This document shows, in pieces, positions 23,884 to 36,896 of a DNA stretch of 64,000 bases (the first letter of the stretch is position 1; every line of letters begins with the position of its first letter). A model generated the notes under the pieces. The model saw nothing but the letters and a program-made list of their open reading frames with translations. It had not been told where the DNA came from and did no database searches. A program made the translations under genes and the position numbers. Origin of the DNA: Convolutriloba macropyga (taxonomy: Eukaryota); the NCBI RefSeq assembly GCF_964194025.1, contig NC_134479.1, forward strand, positions 3,286,001-3,350,000, read 5' to 3'.

Positions 23884-24426
23884 TGGCATTTCAATCTCGT
23901 TTTCAGAACTTTTTGTTTTTGAATCAAACATTAACAACAATAAAGAAGTTGTAACCAAATTAGAAAGCAACTAATCTAAAGCATTTGACACGAGATTGTA
24001 TGAGCTTCGCATGTTTAATTGACCATATATGAATTATGTGTGCGTGTGTTGTATTTGACGCAAAAATCAGAAACAGTAGTACTCTTTGAATAAGTTATCT
24101 CTGAAATGCTCTCTTCTTTCAAACTGACAAAAGAGAGACAGAGCGAGAAATTGCATAAAGTGAAGTTTTTTTGTAAGAACAGCTATATTTCAAATTCACT
24201 TGTACGGATCTGTGTGTGGCACAAAAAATTGTACCGTAGCTCATGAAAATAAAAGATGAAAAACAATTACAAGTACAAGGTTTCAGAATTTATTTCTACG
24301 AGTATTTAACTATTATATGTTTATAAATTGATTCTTTAAATGTAAATGTTTATGCAACTTTTCGTTGTGGTTATGCAAATTTAATTTTTGAACTCGTGGA
24401 TTAAAAAAATCAATTAAGCCATCCCT

Positions 24427-24803
24427 AGTCTACCCATACCGAACTCCAAGTGGAAATCAGTACTGGGCAATTGTAATTGCAAGTCTCCGATGTAATATGA
24501 TTTGCTCGCTTTCTCGCTTGAAATTTGCTTCTTTCAAGCGTATTTCAACGGCGCAAAAGACACACTTTCAACAGTGGCGGTGGCAGAGTAAGAAGGACGC
24601 ACAGCTAGAGGCATGCAGAGAGAGGGTTCGATCCGCGTACTGAACTTTATTTTCGCACTTGGAATAAGACTTGCCAAGTCTTGGCCAAGTCTGACACGTC
24701 TTAAATGTGTTATGATCATAGCTCTGAATCAGTATTGATATCTAGACTTTGAATTAGACTTGCCCAGTACTGATATTGACTTGGCGTTATGTACGGGTAG
24801 ACT
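24427..24803. mobile_element. MITE with ~45-bp imperfect TIRs and central tRNA-like cassette
   Basis: AGTCTACCC...ATCAGTACTGGGCAA / TTGCCCAGTACTGAT...GGGTAGACT, with GGGTTCGATCC at ~24623. Confidence 0.7.
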
Positions 24804-25754
24804 TCGACTACGTAGCAGTTAGATGTAAGCCATAATTTAAACTGGATCTTTGCAAGGTCACACAACCTTGCTTGGAATAAACATTTTGCTTAATTTAAAA
24901 GAGTAATGTGTATATAGCTACCACCCCCCCCCCCCCCACCACGGGAAAAAATTATTACTATTTTCCCCATGGCGGGGGGTAGCTGTACACACATTACTTA
25001 CCGAAAGTTTGTGAATTCTCTGGATTACTCGTTTCCTGGTTTTTTCCAAGCTATTGTTTGCTCTGAGTGCACATCACATTGGCGAAAAGATAATCAAAGT
25101 CTGTTCAAATTCTGCCTTACAGCAACCAATTTGCAACAAAATGGGTTAAAATAACAACTATCGCATTAGAGCCGGAGTAAAGTTGAACCCTAAATTTACG
25201 CAGATCTGTTTAATTTCGTAGTCTATCAGAAACCATAAAACCAATGACGTCCAATATAAAACCATTAACTATGAGCTGCTCTCAAACTGCAGGTCGGAGA
25301 ATTTTGAGGGAGTGTATCAGATCAGACCCCAGTGCACGACTCAAGTCGGTATGGCACCCCCATTGTGCGACTCAAGTCTGTCTGATCACAGCCAATTTTG
25401 GTATGGATCGGATGATCAGAGCCGATATTTGTCTGGATAGTCTGATCAGAGCTGGTTTGGGTCACGCACTTCACTCTGGGGAGACATCCCGGGTCGAGAA
25501 AAAAATCGGAAAATGTAAGATAAACGGCGAAAAGTTGTTTTCTTTTCACCGCAAAAGTTGTACATAATTTTGCGGTGAACTGCGGTGAATGCGGTGAAAT
25601 TATGTAAGTTCATCGCTATAGTAATTGGTGAACTTAGAAAAATTCACCACATTTCACCGCTTAGTATAAGTTACCTTCCTTCGCTAAATCTGATCTTTTC
25701 CGTTTGTGCCCCCCAGCTTATTGGGTGCATATTATTTAACCCCCCTCCCCCCCA

Positions 25755-27712
25755 GTCGCACGTGCCATATTTTAACACCATGCAATGACACGTGCTCTGT
25801 AACTGGGGGGGGGGGGGGGGTGGAACAAACGGAAAAATTTCGCTAAATGTAATCAAAACTTGCAACGACTTCCTGCAGATATAATCCAAATATCCAAATT
25901 ATTAACGACTACGTTCAGATACAAATTCCAAATTATCAACGTTTACGTTCATACACAAAATCCAAATTCTCAATGACTACGTTCAGATACAAAATCCAAA
26001 TTATCAACGTTTACGTTCATACACAAAATCCAAATTCTCAACGACTACATTCAGATACAAAATCCAAATTCTCAACGACTAAGTTCAGATACAAAATCCA
26101 GATTCTCAACGACTAAGTTCAGATACAAAATCCAAATTTTCAACGACTAAGTTGATAATTAATCGAAGCGGACATCTTCAATGACTATAAAAAGCAATAG
26201 GTATCAAAAGCACCGTGCAGAAGGTGAGTTTCGAACACGCTGCGTGCTACTCACGCTAGAAGTCACCTGCCTTATCAACTGCGCTAACCCCTGAAGGTTT
26301 ATTTTGTGTATTTTTCTGCCTAATTTTGATGTTAGGCTACCATCCAATCTCCTGTAGTTTTGTGCTAAATGGGTTCTCATTTTGCATATTCAATTTTTAA
26401 TTTATTCAAAATTGCATTCGTTGAGAAATTTTGGCTTGGCTTGAGCACCACGTAGCAGTTAGATGTAACTCATCTCATCCCTAGTGATGAGTGGATTCAA
26501 ATCTTGCAAGATTATATACTTTAAACTGGAAGTTCCCGGGTCGAGGAAAAATCGGAGAAATATGAAATATAAGCGGTGAAAAGTTGTTTTTTTCGCCGCA
26601 AATTTTGTACTTAATTTGGCGTTGAAATGCTGTAAATGCGGTGAAATTATCTAAGTTCACCGCTTGAGTAAGCGTGAACTTTCAAAAATGTACCACATTT
26701 CCCCTCTTACTACAAGTTTCCGTCCTTGCACGGATTCGAACCTCTCACCTCTTGCATGCCCGCCACTTCTTCTTCCACTGCACCACTTCTCACTAAAATG
26801 TATCATATTGGTTTTGATTTTAAATCAAAATCACTCTACTTGTTGTAAAACATACGCGTTGAACTTTTGTAAGATTAGAGGCGAACTTACGATTTTTAGC
26901 GGCGAAATGTGGTGATTTTTTGTAAGTTCACCGATTACTCTAGTGATGAAATTACATAAATTCTACGCTTAAAATTTTTCGAAAAGGTGTGTGATTGTTC
27001 GTGGGTAAATTTTCCATGCGTCTTTCAATAGATGTAGCTTAACTTCGTTGAACAAAAGACAATTCGAGGCGTTTTCTAAGCGGTGAATTTATGTTAATTA
27101 ATCAATCAGTGAGAAGTGGCGCAGAGGAAGAAGAAATGGCTAAGCTGCCGGAGGTGAGAGGTTCGAATCCGTGCAAGGAAGGTAACTTTAACTAAGCAGT
27201 GAAAGGTGGTGAAGTTTTGTTAGTGCACCACTTACTGTAGCGATGAACTTACATAATTTCATCGCATTCACTGCTGGTCTCACACAATTTTAACACTTTT
27301 TTTCTAAGCGGTGAGTTTATATAATTTCACCACTAAGTTCAGCCGTGAATTTATGTAATTTGACCACATTCAATGCTGTTCTCACACATTTGTAACACTT
27401 TTTCTGAGCGGCAAAATTATGTAAGTTCACCAATAAATTAAGCGGTGAATTTAGGTAATTTAATCGCATTCACCGCTTATCTTTCATAAAGTGGACAGTT
27501 TTTTCAAAGCGTTGAATTTATGTAATTTCGCCGCTAAATTCAGTGATGAAATTATTTAATTTCACTGCTACCAGGTGGTAAGGGTTTTTACCGCATCCAC
27601 CACCTGATTTATGTAATTTCACCGCATTCACCGCTTATCTTACAAATTTTTCCGCATTCACCGCTTATCTTTCATAATTTTGCGTTGAAATGCGGTGTCA
27701 CCTCGAACCGGA
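25755..27712. repeat. Diverged duplicate of ~22390-23883 (minisatellite, tRNA-like cassette and CCCGGG TIR element)
   Basis: Same block order in both copies. Contains a 31-bp minisatellite at ~25885-26153 and a TIR element at 26535-27712. Confidence 0.85.
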
Positions 27713-28179
27713 GTTTTTCATATGCGCAAAATGTGGATACCAGCGAGCTTCAAACTAGTGATCCCGCTGATAAGAGTGTCATCTTTTTCCACTAACTTCC
27801 CCCGCTATGCTGATCTCTTCGATTAAACGTAAGTTTATGTTAGCAGCAGACCTAACTTTGGAGTGAGCAAAATTTCGGTCGCATAAAAAAAGAAAGAACT
27901 CAAGCATGAGAAACTCATTTGATAGCAACGAAAGTGGCAAACAAAAGAGCAATTACGATTAAACAAAAACCTGTATAAAAAGCGTCACGCTTGCAACAAT
28001 TGTTTCAATCTTCACAAAAAAATATCTTGCCAACATCTTGCCAAAAATATCTTGCCAAAAATATCACTATAATATGTGCCAGTGTACAGTTAAGAGCACA
28101 TCGTTATATAAATATTAAAAAAATATAAATTAGTTAATATAAGCTCTTGTAAAAAAATTAATTCAATTTCCCTCCATGA

Positions 28180-29290
28180 CATCGGTTTTTAGAAATGAAA
28201 TTTTTGTTTTCTCGGGTAGGTTTTTACTCAGCATGATCAAAACTTCATTCCTCGAGCCATTCTGTGAAGTATCTTTTTCACTTCTTCGTCAGATTTTTGT
28301 TTGTTATCAATACCTACGCCAAGATACATCACACTAGTTGAATCTGCCACTTTGTTGTTGTCGACAATCAAAATGTTATTTGTTATTCCTTCCTGCTGCT
28401 GAATAATATAAACTCTGTCTTTTGTTTGTTCACCCTTAACTGAGACTTTGAACGAAATTCGACAATTTTAGAGATGTTATGTTCAAGTTTTTTTGACAGA
28501 GTTTCATCACTGTTGGGTGTAAAAAGAAAAGTTTCGTTTGCATTCTGCCCCACCGTACAATCCTCTTCTATAATCACTGCTAAATTGTTCACGCAATTGG
28601 TGAATAACATAGGACTTAAAATAGTACCCTGTGAAAGTCATCTTTTCAAAGCTATCCAGTCGGATTGAATTCCTTCTAGAAAAATTTTCTGCGTTCTTTT
28701 AATCAATAAATATCTATTAAATTGGTAGCGTGTTTGTCAAAGTCTTTTCTTGTCTCCGTTAAAGTATTTCGTGGTTTACAGAGTCAAAAACTTTTGAAAT
28801 ATCAGTAGTATACTAAAATGCACGTATTGTCACGGGGGGACGTCCCCACCCGTGACAAAACGTTATGCACGATTTGTCACGGGGGGACGTCCCCCCCGTG
28901 ACAATACGTGCATTTTAGTAAACTACTAATATCTGTAACCGTCTTCTTTTCTGTTGAACTCTAGTCTTATTTGTCACGTAGATTTTAAATTAGCATCAAT
29001 TGTTGAAAATTGTTTTCTATAACCCGACTGACTGGCGGACAGTAATTGTTCTCTATCAAAGAAATCTGTTATTTGAAAAAAGTTTTTCAAAAAGTTTTGA
29101 AAAAATGGAAGTGACAAAATTAGTTCTACTATTGAATGGGTTTTCGGGTTTTGATTTTTTGAAAGTGGAGTCTCACATTCTTCCGTCAGATGTCCAGGAA
29201 AACTTTCTTCTGTGATTACTCAGATAAAAAAGTGGTTGGATTGTAAAAACTTTTGATCGTAAAAAGTGGTTGGATCATAAAAACAGAGAA
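28180..29290 (-). mobile_element. Highly degenerate LINE RT fragment
   Basis: Remnants of DISKxFDSVNH, SQGTILSPMLF, KTEFILFS and YLGVGID. Confidence 0.7.
28804..28927. mobile_element. 124-bp palindromic MITE with AGTAGT termini and 6-bp TSD
   Basis: ~36-bp near-perfect TIRs and TSD AATATC at 28798-28803 and 28928-28933. It interrupts the LINE RT. Confidence 0.9.
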
Positions 29291-32200
29291 TTAATTTTTG
29301 TACAATAAAGGTCTTTTTTTAGAAAACTATTTTTTTAGATTTTGGTCATCACAACAAAAGGGAACACAAAACCTTATCGTGATATTGCGGTAATTGCTTA
29401 AGGACTTCCACATTGAATAGATTAATGCATCTTTGTGTACAGTATAATTTTACAAGCTTTTTTTCTGGGTTCGGGTTCTTTCTTCCTTACATACCACCAT
29501 AATTATGTTTCAAAATAAGAAAAAGATTTGGCGTAAAAATAATGTTTCTCGCTTTTCAGTGTCAATAAACTTTTTGAAAACTTGTGAACGAAATGTTAGT
29601 AACATCCGTTTTTTTTTCTCAAAATTATGAGGGATTTATTGGAAAAACCTAGCTAAAAATTCAAAAGTGAAATTGTTTTCCTATTATCAGAAGTTCCTCG
29701 ATCAATGGCGGTCATATGGTCTGATGATTCTCCAGAAAAGGACACAGTTTATTCAGAACTTTAAATTAATTTACTTGATTTTGACTAAGATCTGATTGGT
29801 TTTGATTTAAAAAAATCAGGCATAAGAAAGTTAAAGAGTACGTTCAGATAGGAGCGAATCAATTAAAAACTGAATTTAAAATATTTTCCAGAAAATATTG
29901 GCCGTAGGTGAGTCTCGAGACCTATCTATTGAAAATTTTTTGATTTCCGTTTTTACGGATGTCCTTTTCTTGAGCATCAGCAGCACATTAGACAGCTTTT
30001 CACCGACGAACTTCTGATAATGTAAGGAAATTTTTCTGGTGAACTTTCAGCTGGTTTTTCCAATAAACTGTCAATAAAAAATGATTGTCGGTTTTTAAAG
30101 ATAAAAAAAGTGTCGGCATCATCGTGTTTTGCTAAATACCGTACTGCAAAGACGGTCGATATTTAACAAAAGAGAGATTCAGTATTATCGTTTTGAAATG
30201 AAAGAGAGATTCGGTAAATGTAGGAAATCGTGGTATTGCTGTTTTGCAAACCGAATGTTCAATTAGATAAAAAAAAAGATTTTTGTCAAAGAAATTAGTA
30301 CCGATTATGCTGTTGCAATAAGCGTTTCTCAAAAAAGGAGGAGGTCGAATTAGAGATTTGAAACTCAAAATATAACAGCGAAAGGATCCGTTTCTTTAAA
30401 GTTGAAACAAAAGGTAAAAATTACAAAGAAGGCAATATATCTTAAGAATCCTTAAAATTAATAAGATACTACTAGCGAAACCAATTGAGAGCTTTCCGTG
30501 CTATTTTCTCTCATTATTTCATTTTTCACAAAATGTGCGTCTAACATGTCTGTCAGTGAAGATTCATTAATAAACCTAAATGTTCATCATTGCTTCGCAT
30601 CGTGTCAATAAACCCCGAAAAATCTACAACTAGTGTAGTTGTTTTTTTTAGAAATGAGCAAAAGGAACTGAGCTTCTAGATCCTTTAGTTATTTTGAACA
30701 ATTTATCCACTCAATAAAAACCGCCCGGCTAAATTATGACCAAAAAGGATTATTTTGGCTTTTATTATGAATTGTTTTGTTATTGGAGACTTTTTATATT
30801 TTGCCCTGCTCTTTGCTGGCATTGTTTCCATACTTTCAAACTATTTTTTAAACAAACAGACGGCTGGTGCGAGAATGTGCACAGTATTTTCCGACATAAC
30901 TCTCAAAGTTACATAAACAATCCTTAACATCTGTCTGAGAATCCGCAAAAAAACTTATAAGCAATGGAGAAAATTACTTATACTTTTTGAACCATAAAAT
31001 ATGTCTTTTTTGGCAGATAAAAACAAAAACTCCTTGGCATATTCTGGAAAAATAAATGTAGTACAATTTGTTCAACACAGACAAATCATACAAACACACA
31101 CACACACCAAACAAATCACACGCACAAAAGTTACACAAATAGAAACGCCTACCCCAAAAGAATGAAAGCTTCCTTTTGGGACCTGATCTTTACTCAAGGT
31201 TCGTCACGCTCAATTAGGTCTTCACCGCTTCTTTTCTAATTAACTAGGTGTAGCCTAGTTGAGGCAATTGCATAGGTTATTGTAATTTTGGCAGTAAAAC
31301 TTTGTCATTTCTGATGTTTCATGATCCCATTGAAAATATTATTTTTTAACAAATCTCGCCTAAGTGTTACCAGCGAAAAGCTAGGATACAGCTTTTGCAA
31401 AATTTGAAGCCGTTTTTGTAACAATAATTTGTACTTTTCTCTTATTTTAATTTTTGACAGTTTTTGCACACTGCCTTCTATTTCTGTCTAAAATTTAAGG
31501 GATCTAACTCTATCTCAGACGATCTCTCTATTTCCCTCTCTATGCTTCTTACACACGCATACAACATAAATTACCCACACCACGCACACATACTCATATG
31601 CATGCAACCACACAAGCGAACGGACACACAAACACACAAAACCCCGATACAAAAAAATATTTTTCTATTTTTTTGGTAACTCATTTTTACTCATGGTTCG
31701 CATCCCTTATTTATGTCATGTTTGTCTTGTGTCTCTTATCGGGAAAACTAGTTGTGGGTTTCTTGGGGCAATTTTATGGTTAAATGTAAAATTGACAGTT
31801 TAATTTGAAAGTAACGTTCTTGAATTTTTTCCAAAAACTTTGTTGTTTTCGATATTTCCTGAACATATTGCGCTAATTAGTTTATTCTGAAATCAAAGAT
31901 GTGTTATCAGCTAGATTTTTTAAATATAGTTTTAGCAACAAAGGTTAACTAATTGATCTATTTTTTTATTTTTGACAGTTTTTGCACTCTGCCTTAAGTC
32001 AAACATCTAAGGAACGTTAAATGCTGTCCTTTTAGGTTCCAATTTAGTAATATTGAAGAATGGCAGCAAGTAGTTTTTAGGTTTTGGTCCTTTCACTATT
32101 AAGAACTTTTAAGGAAAAAGCAAACTTATAATTTCTATCTGAAATCAAAAAGAAAACAAACTTTTTCATCTTCCAAAAACACGCTCCGTTTTTTGCCTGA

Positions 32201-35200
32201 TAAGTTTCAAAATAGATAAGCGATGTAGATTTTCAGTTCACAGAAACGCCCACGGTCTTGAAAATATGAATTCGAAGAGCGATTTCACATTACAGAGGAG
32301 TGCAAAATAGTTTTCTTCTTCTTTAAAAAAATGTTAACATTTGTTTTTCAACCTGGCTATCAAAAAATTTTTCAAGTTTTTTTGTTTCGAATTGTAATGG
32401 AGGAGGTTAGTTCCAACCACCTGTCCTGACAACATAAGGAATACAAATTAAAAGATAAGAAAATAATTCCATTTATATTTTCCAATAATAAATTTTTTTG
32501 AATTGATGTTCATTGCATGAAAACGATTTTTGTCACATCACCAAAATTCTGAAAAAAAAACAATGGTTAGTTGTGATGAAACGAGAAGAATTGTTTGCAA
32601 GAACAGCTCAAGAAATTGGAAAAGATTACATTTTTCTGCTCCCTATTTTTGCTATTTTGCTATCTAAATTCTTCTATTTTCCAAAAATCTGTTCGATACG
32701 GAGAACAAATCTTAATGAAAATTTTGCTTATCAGCAGAAAATAGGGACTCGGTATTTTCTTATCAAAATTTTTTAGAAAAAAAAAACAAAATAATTCAAT
32801 TTTTTTTAAAATTTTTTTGTCAAATAGTTATAATTGTTATTTTTTGGGCTTGAAAATGTAAAGCATTACTTGTGACACACAATCAAATCTATCTGACTCA
32901 CCGACTTTGGAAAACACTTTAACATAAAAATTTTTCTACTAATTTTTCCAAATATGTTATATTCTGAACTTTTTCGTTTGATTCATCTTGAATTCCCTTT
33001 AACTTGATCTTAATGCGATCTATCAACCCAACCCCCCCCCCCCCCCCGCCCCGAGCATTTTCTTTTACTTTTCGAGTTTTCCTTAGAACTTTTAAAAGCG
33101 TTCGTAAACTAGATCCTGAGTGCTACAAAATGGTGTTCTTCTTTTTTCTCTACGATCCGTAAACAATAATGAAGATTTGGCTGAAGAAAAAGAAAGCCAG
33201 CCTCGCATGTATATTCCCCCATTTTGGGGGGAAAAAACCAAGGATCTTTTAATTCCCCCTTCCCCAGTCATATATAACTAGTCTGTTTGAACTCCCCAAA
33301 TATTTACTTTTTCGTCCTTCAGTTTAGTCACAAGAATTGGCCGATGTCGGTCGACAATTGGATGGTTTTTTTTGTTTCTGGTTGTCAAAAATTAGTGCCC
33401 AAAAATCAATCCTATGAAAAATAAGCGCAAAACTACACTAAGAAAATAGCGCAAAAGTGCACTATGACAGGACCCTATGAGGGTTTCATATTATAGCCCT
33501 AAGGGGTATGGAGCTAGGGCTCCAGTAGCAGACCTATTAAAATCTATCTGACTCGCCGACTTAGGAAAACAGTGAAGATTAACATCAGTTATTTCGGTGG
33601 TCAGAATATACACATAGTTTATCAGTTGATTAGACTAAATGGAATAAAGTAAGCATGCATGTGCTGTTTAAAAGAGAATAGAGTATTCTCAGTTTGTGAT
33701 TGGTGGAAAATATTGGAGATTACACAGTCTAGATTTTAGTCTACTGCAACATATTTTTCTTTGCTTACCTATTTTATAAGGAAAGTTGAAATACTTCAAA
33801 TGTGTTAATTTCAAAAATTGCACTGCATCATTAAATTGCTGGAAGTTCTTGTATAAATAATTGTATAAATAAGTGTAAGAAATGTAAAGAACATGCTGTA
33901 TAATATGTAGAAGTGGGGGTGCAAATAGGGGGTGGGGGCAAAAACAGAAAAAAGAAAAAAAAATCAACAACTTTCTAAGTAAGATATATGTTAAATTATT
34001 GTTACAATTGTAAGTAATTGCGTTTTAGCGGTATAAAATTTTTTGGCAGCTGAAAAAAAAACATTTTCTATATTTTTACATGAGCAAGTCATGAAACTCA
34101 CTTATTTTCTAAGGAATTTTACAAATTAAATGAGTGATGTGGCGCGACAACAGACGAGTCTCAGAGTCCAGTCACTTGCGTTCAATACTTGGTAAAAAAT
34201 CAAACATGAAGACATATTTTTTAAATTATGAGCCGGGTAAAGATCATCTGTAGTACAAAACTAATCTCAAAAAAATTGCATTAGGATTAAATCAAAAACA
34301 AAGAAAATTGTTGCTCGTAACTCGCAATTCAGTCTGTTATAAGTTTGTACTGGAAAAAAATGCACAGAGAAACCTAATAAAAATCAAATAATTTTTTCCA
34401 AGTTTTTAAAGCTGGGCCTTATAACACGTAAAAGGAATTTTATAAATAGAAAATGAACAAACTCCTCCTTGTAACTGTCATTTGACGGCAGGTTATTTGT
34501 ATTTGATATTTGCTAACAAAAATGATGCTAGATGCGCAGCTTTTGATGTTGATTATTTATAGTGAAAAATTCAAAACAATTAGCTAACATTTCAACGAGC
34601 AATTTTAGCTGAATGCAGTACCACTGTACCCACGAAATATAGCATGATCAGAAATTTGCCAACCAAATATTCATTTTCGCTCTTTTGACTCTCCGAATAG
34701 GTCAAAATAGCCACTGTGCTTTTACTCCAGACAAATTAGATAATAGTGATGTCAACAGTGTGGAGATACACTCGGCACTTCAACACCTAACCGTTTTCTC
34801 CTTTGATACCTGTTTTTCAGTTTTCACTTGTGAAATAATATGTACTTAAGCAATTTTTCTCTGGGACTTGTAATTTAAGAGGAAAAAAGATGTACAACTG
34901 ACATTTGATGACTAATATATATTTTATAAGAACAAATTGGATACATTTTAATTACATTTGTGATTTTACCGTTTGTTCGACTCAAATCTCCTATAGTTGT
35001 TTGTTTGTAACTCCGCCGTAGCTAGACCCCAGCCCAGATGGGAAAGGAGGAGGAAAGCAACACCATAGAATACAGGAAAATCTCATAAGTTGGTTTTTCA
35101 ATCAACTTCAGATAATTTTTGAGACATAATGTTATATCATCGTCCTAAAAGCTGCGCTCAAATGAAATAATATCGTTAATGATCAGACTCTAGCTTGTTA

Positions 35201-36644
35201 ATGAGCAGAATTTAGCTTGTTAATGATCAGACTTTAGGCAGACTTTGACTTGGAAGCTCGTTCATGTAGGTAGACTTTAATATGGCGCTCGTCCATGTAA
35301 TCAAAAACGCACTTTAACCCCCCCCCCCCCCCTGTGCGTTTTTAATCGTCTGATCATTAACGCACAACTCGACCTGGGTTTTGTGACGTTGATTGTTGCA
35401 ACACTTGTGGTTTAGTTATTTGACATTTCTTTTCACATCATTGAGCGCTAGATATTGCAAATTTGAAACGAGTTGCCCATTCAAAACTCTTTTTACATTT
35501 TAGTATTCCCATTTTAGCATTCACACTTCGATAGGAAATGTATGCAATTTTTTCTCCTGGTGGTTTTTCAGTCTATAATATCTAGTTTTATTGCTTTCTT
35601 TGCTATTTTACACATAGCTAAAATGACTGCTCGTCGCTAGTTGGGAAAAAGTTCATCTTAAAAGTTAATCTTTTGAGTCGCGTAAATTAAGATAGAGTTC
35701 TGTCATAATTTTTTACACAACTCAAAACTGCAGTTAATAAACATTATCGATATGGAGTCGGAGCGACATAGCGGTCAGACTTTTGAGTCAGAACTTGAAC
35801 TCATTTCTGCAGAGTCACGATCTAGTCTAACTCCGACGCTTATCTTGCAAGACTCTTGCAAATGACGCCTATCTTGCATATACGCGTAACTTTGCTTAAA
35901 ACACTTTTTGCATATTCCGATATGCTAAAATTGACCTTGCATTGAAATTAATCATGCTTCAATACCGGTATTTCAAAGTTTTTGACATATTCTTTAAGGA
36001 TCACAAAACAAGGTTTTCCAAACAAAATTGCGTTGAGCGAGTGTTACAAGGATTAATTAAATCTCAAGTAAACAAAAATAAGGAAGCCTAAAAAATATGC
36101 ATTGATAAATAGATAGTGGCAATTGGCTTTCAAGGAACAATCATCTACAAATGAACAATCATCTACAATCATCTGCACGAAGAAAACTCTGCAAAACCAA
36201 AACAACAATAAATGTCATAAAATTTGGCCCCTGTCTAACTTTATAGATTTAAGTTTTCTAAGTTACGATTAATCTTATCTTAGAAAATTTAAATCTAAGT
36301 TTCAGCTAATTTTTGTTGTCCAACGTTGTTTTCACCTCATTTTTCCAAAAAATCTCGTTGCTGTGTTCTTTACAAAAAGTTATTGAGATAAACGTACATG
36401 GTAACAATTTAGAGAACTTTTACGGTATAATGATTCATTTCAATTCAATCATAATGTTTAAATGAATACTTGTGACAATGAGTACAAAAAGAGCATTAAC
36501 AACTAAAAAAGAATGTCAAATTCACTACAAAACAGTTGATTTAGCTAACTATTCAAGTCAGAGTATTTAACATGCAGTGGAGAGAACGGCAGACATACCT
36601 GCAGCACTTTATTCGGTGTTGCTGGCAATTCTCTATTCGAAAAC

Positions 36645-36735
36645 TCTTGGAACTGTGTTGGACTCGAACTCACGCCTCATCTCCCTTCACGTTCTCTGCG
36701 CCTACGCCCCTGCGCTGGGTCCCCCCGCTTGGTGA
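36645..36735 (-). repeat. tRNA-derived SINE head / pseudo-tRNA
   Basis: Minus strand reads CCCAGCGCAGGGGCGTAGGCGC...GTGAGTTCGAGTCC. Confidence 0.45.
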
Positions 36736-36896
36736 AAAAACAATTAACGCTATTACAACATATTGAAATTTGTGTATTAACTTATAAGAAAGTCCCCCAT
36801 TCCTCCTTATGACATCAGTTTCGGATTAATTTTTTTTGGGGGGGGGCGTATTCTGAAACTCCCCGCTCAGTATCCTCTCCTCTAACAACATTGTAA

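Noticed and set aside
22497-26153. 30/31-bp repeats resembling a CRISPR array
   Set aside because: Units are directly adjacent with no unique spacers, there are no cas genes, and the context is eukaryotic.
29300-35100. AT-rich region with short ORFs and small duplicated motifs (e.g. ATCTATCTGACTC near 32887 and 33542)
   Set aside because: No coding or structural signal that I can support; probably old repeat debris.
4738-36735. tRNA-like sequences as functional tRNA genes
   Set aside because: They have A/B boxes but no convincing acceptor and anticodon stems, and they sit in repeats.
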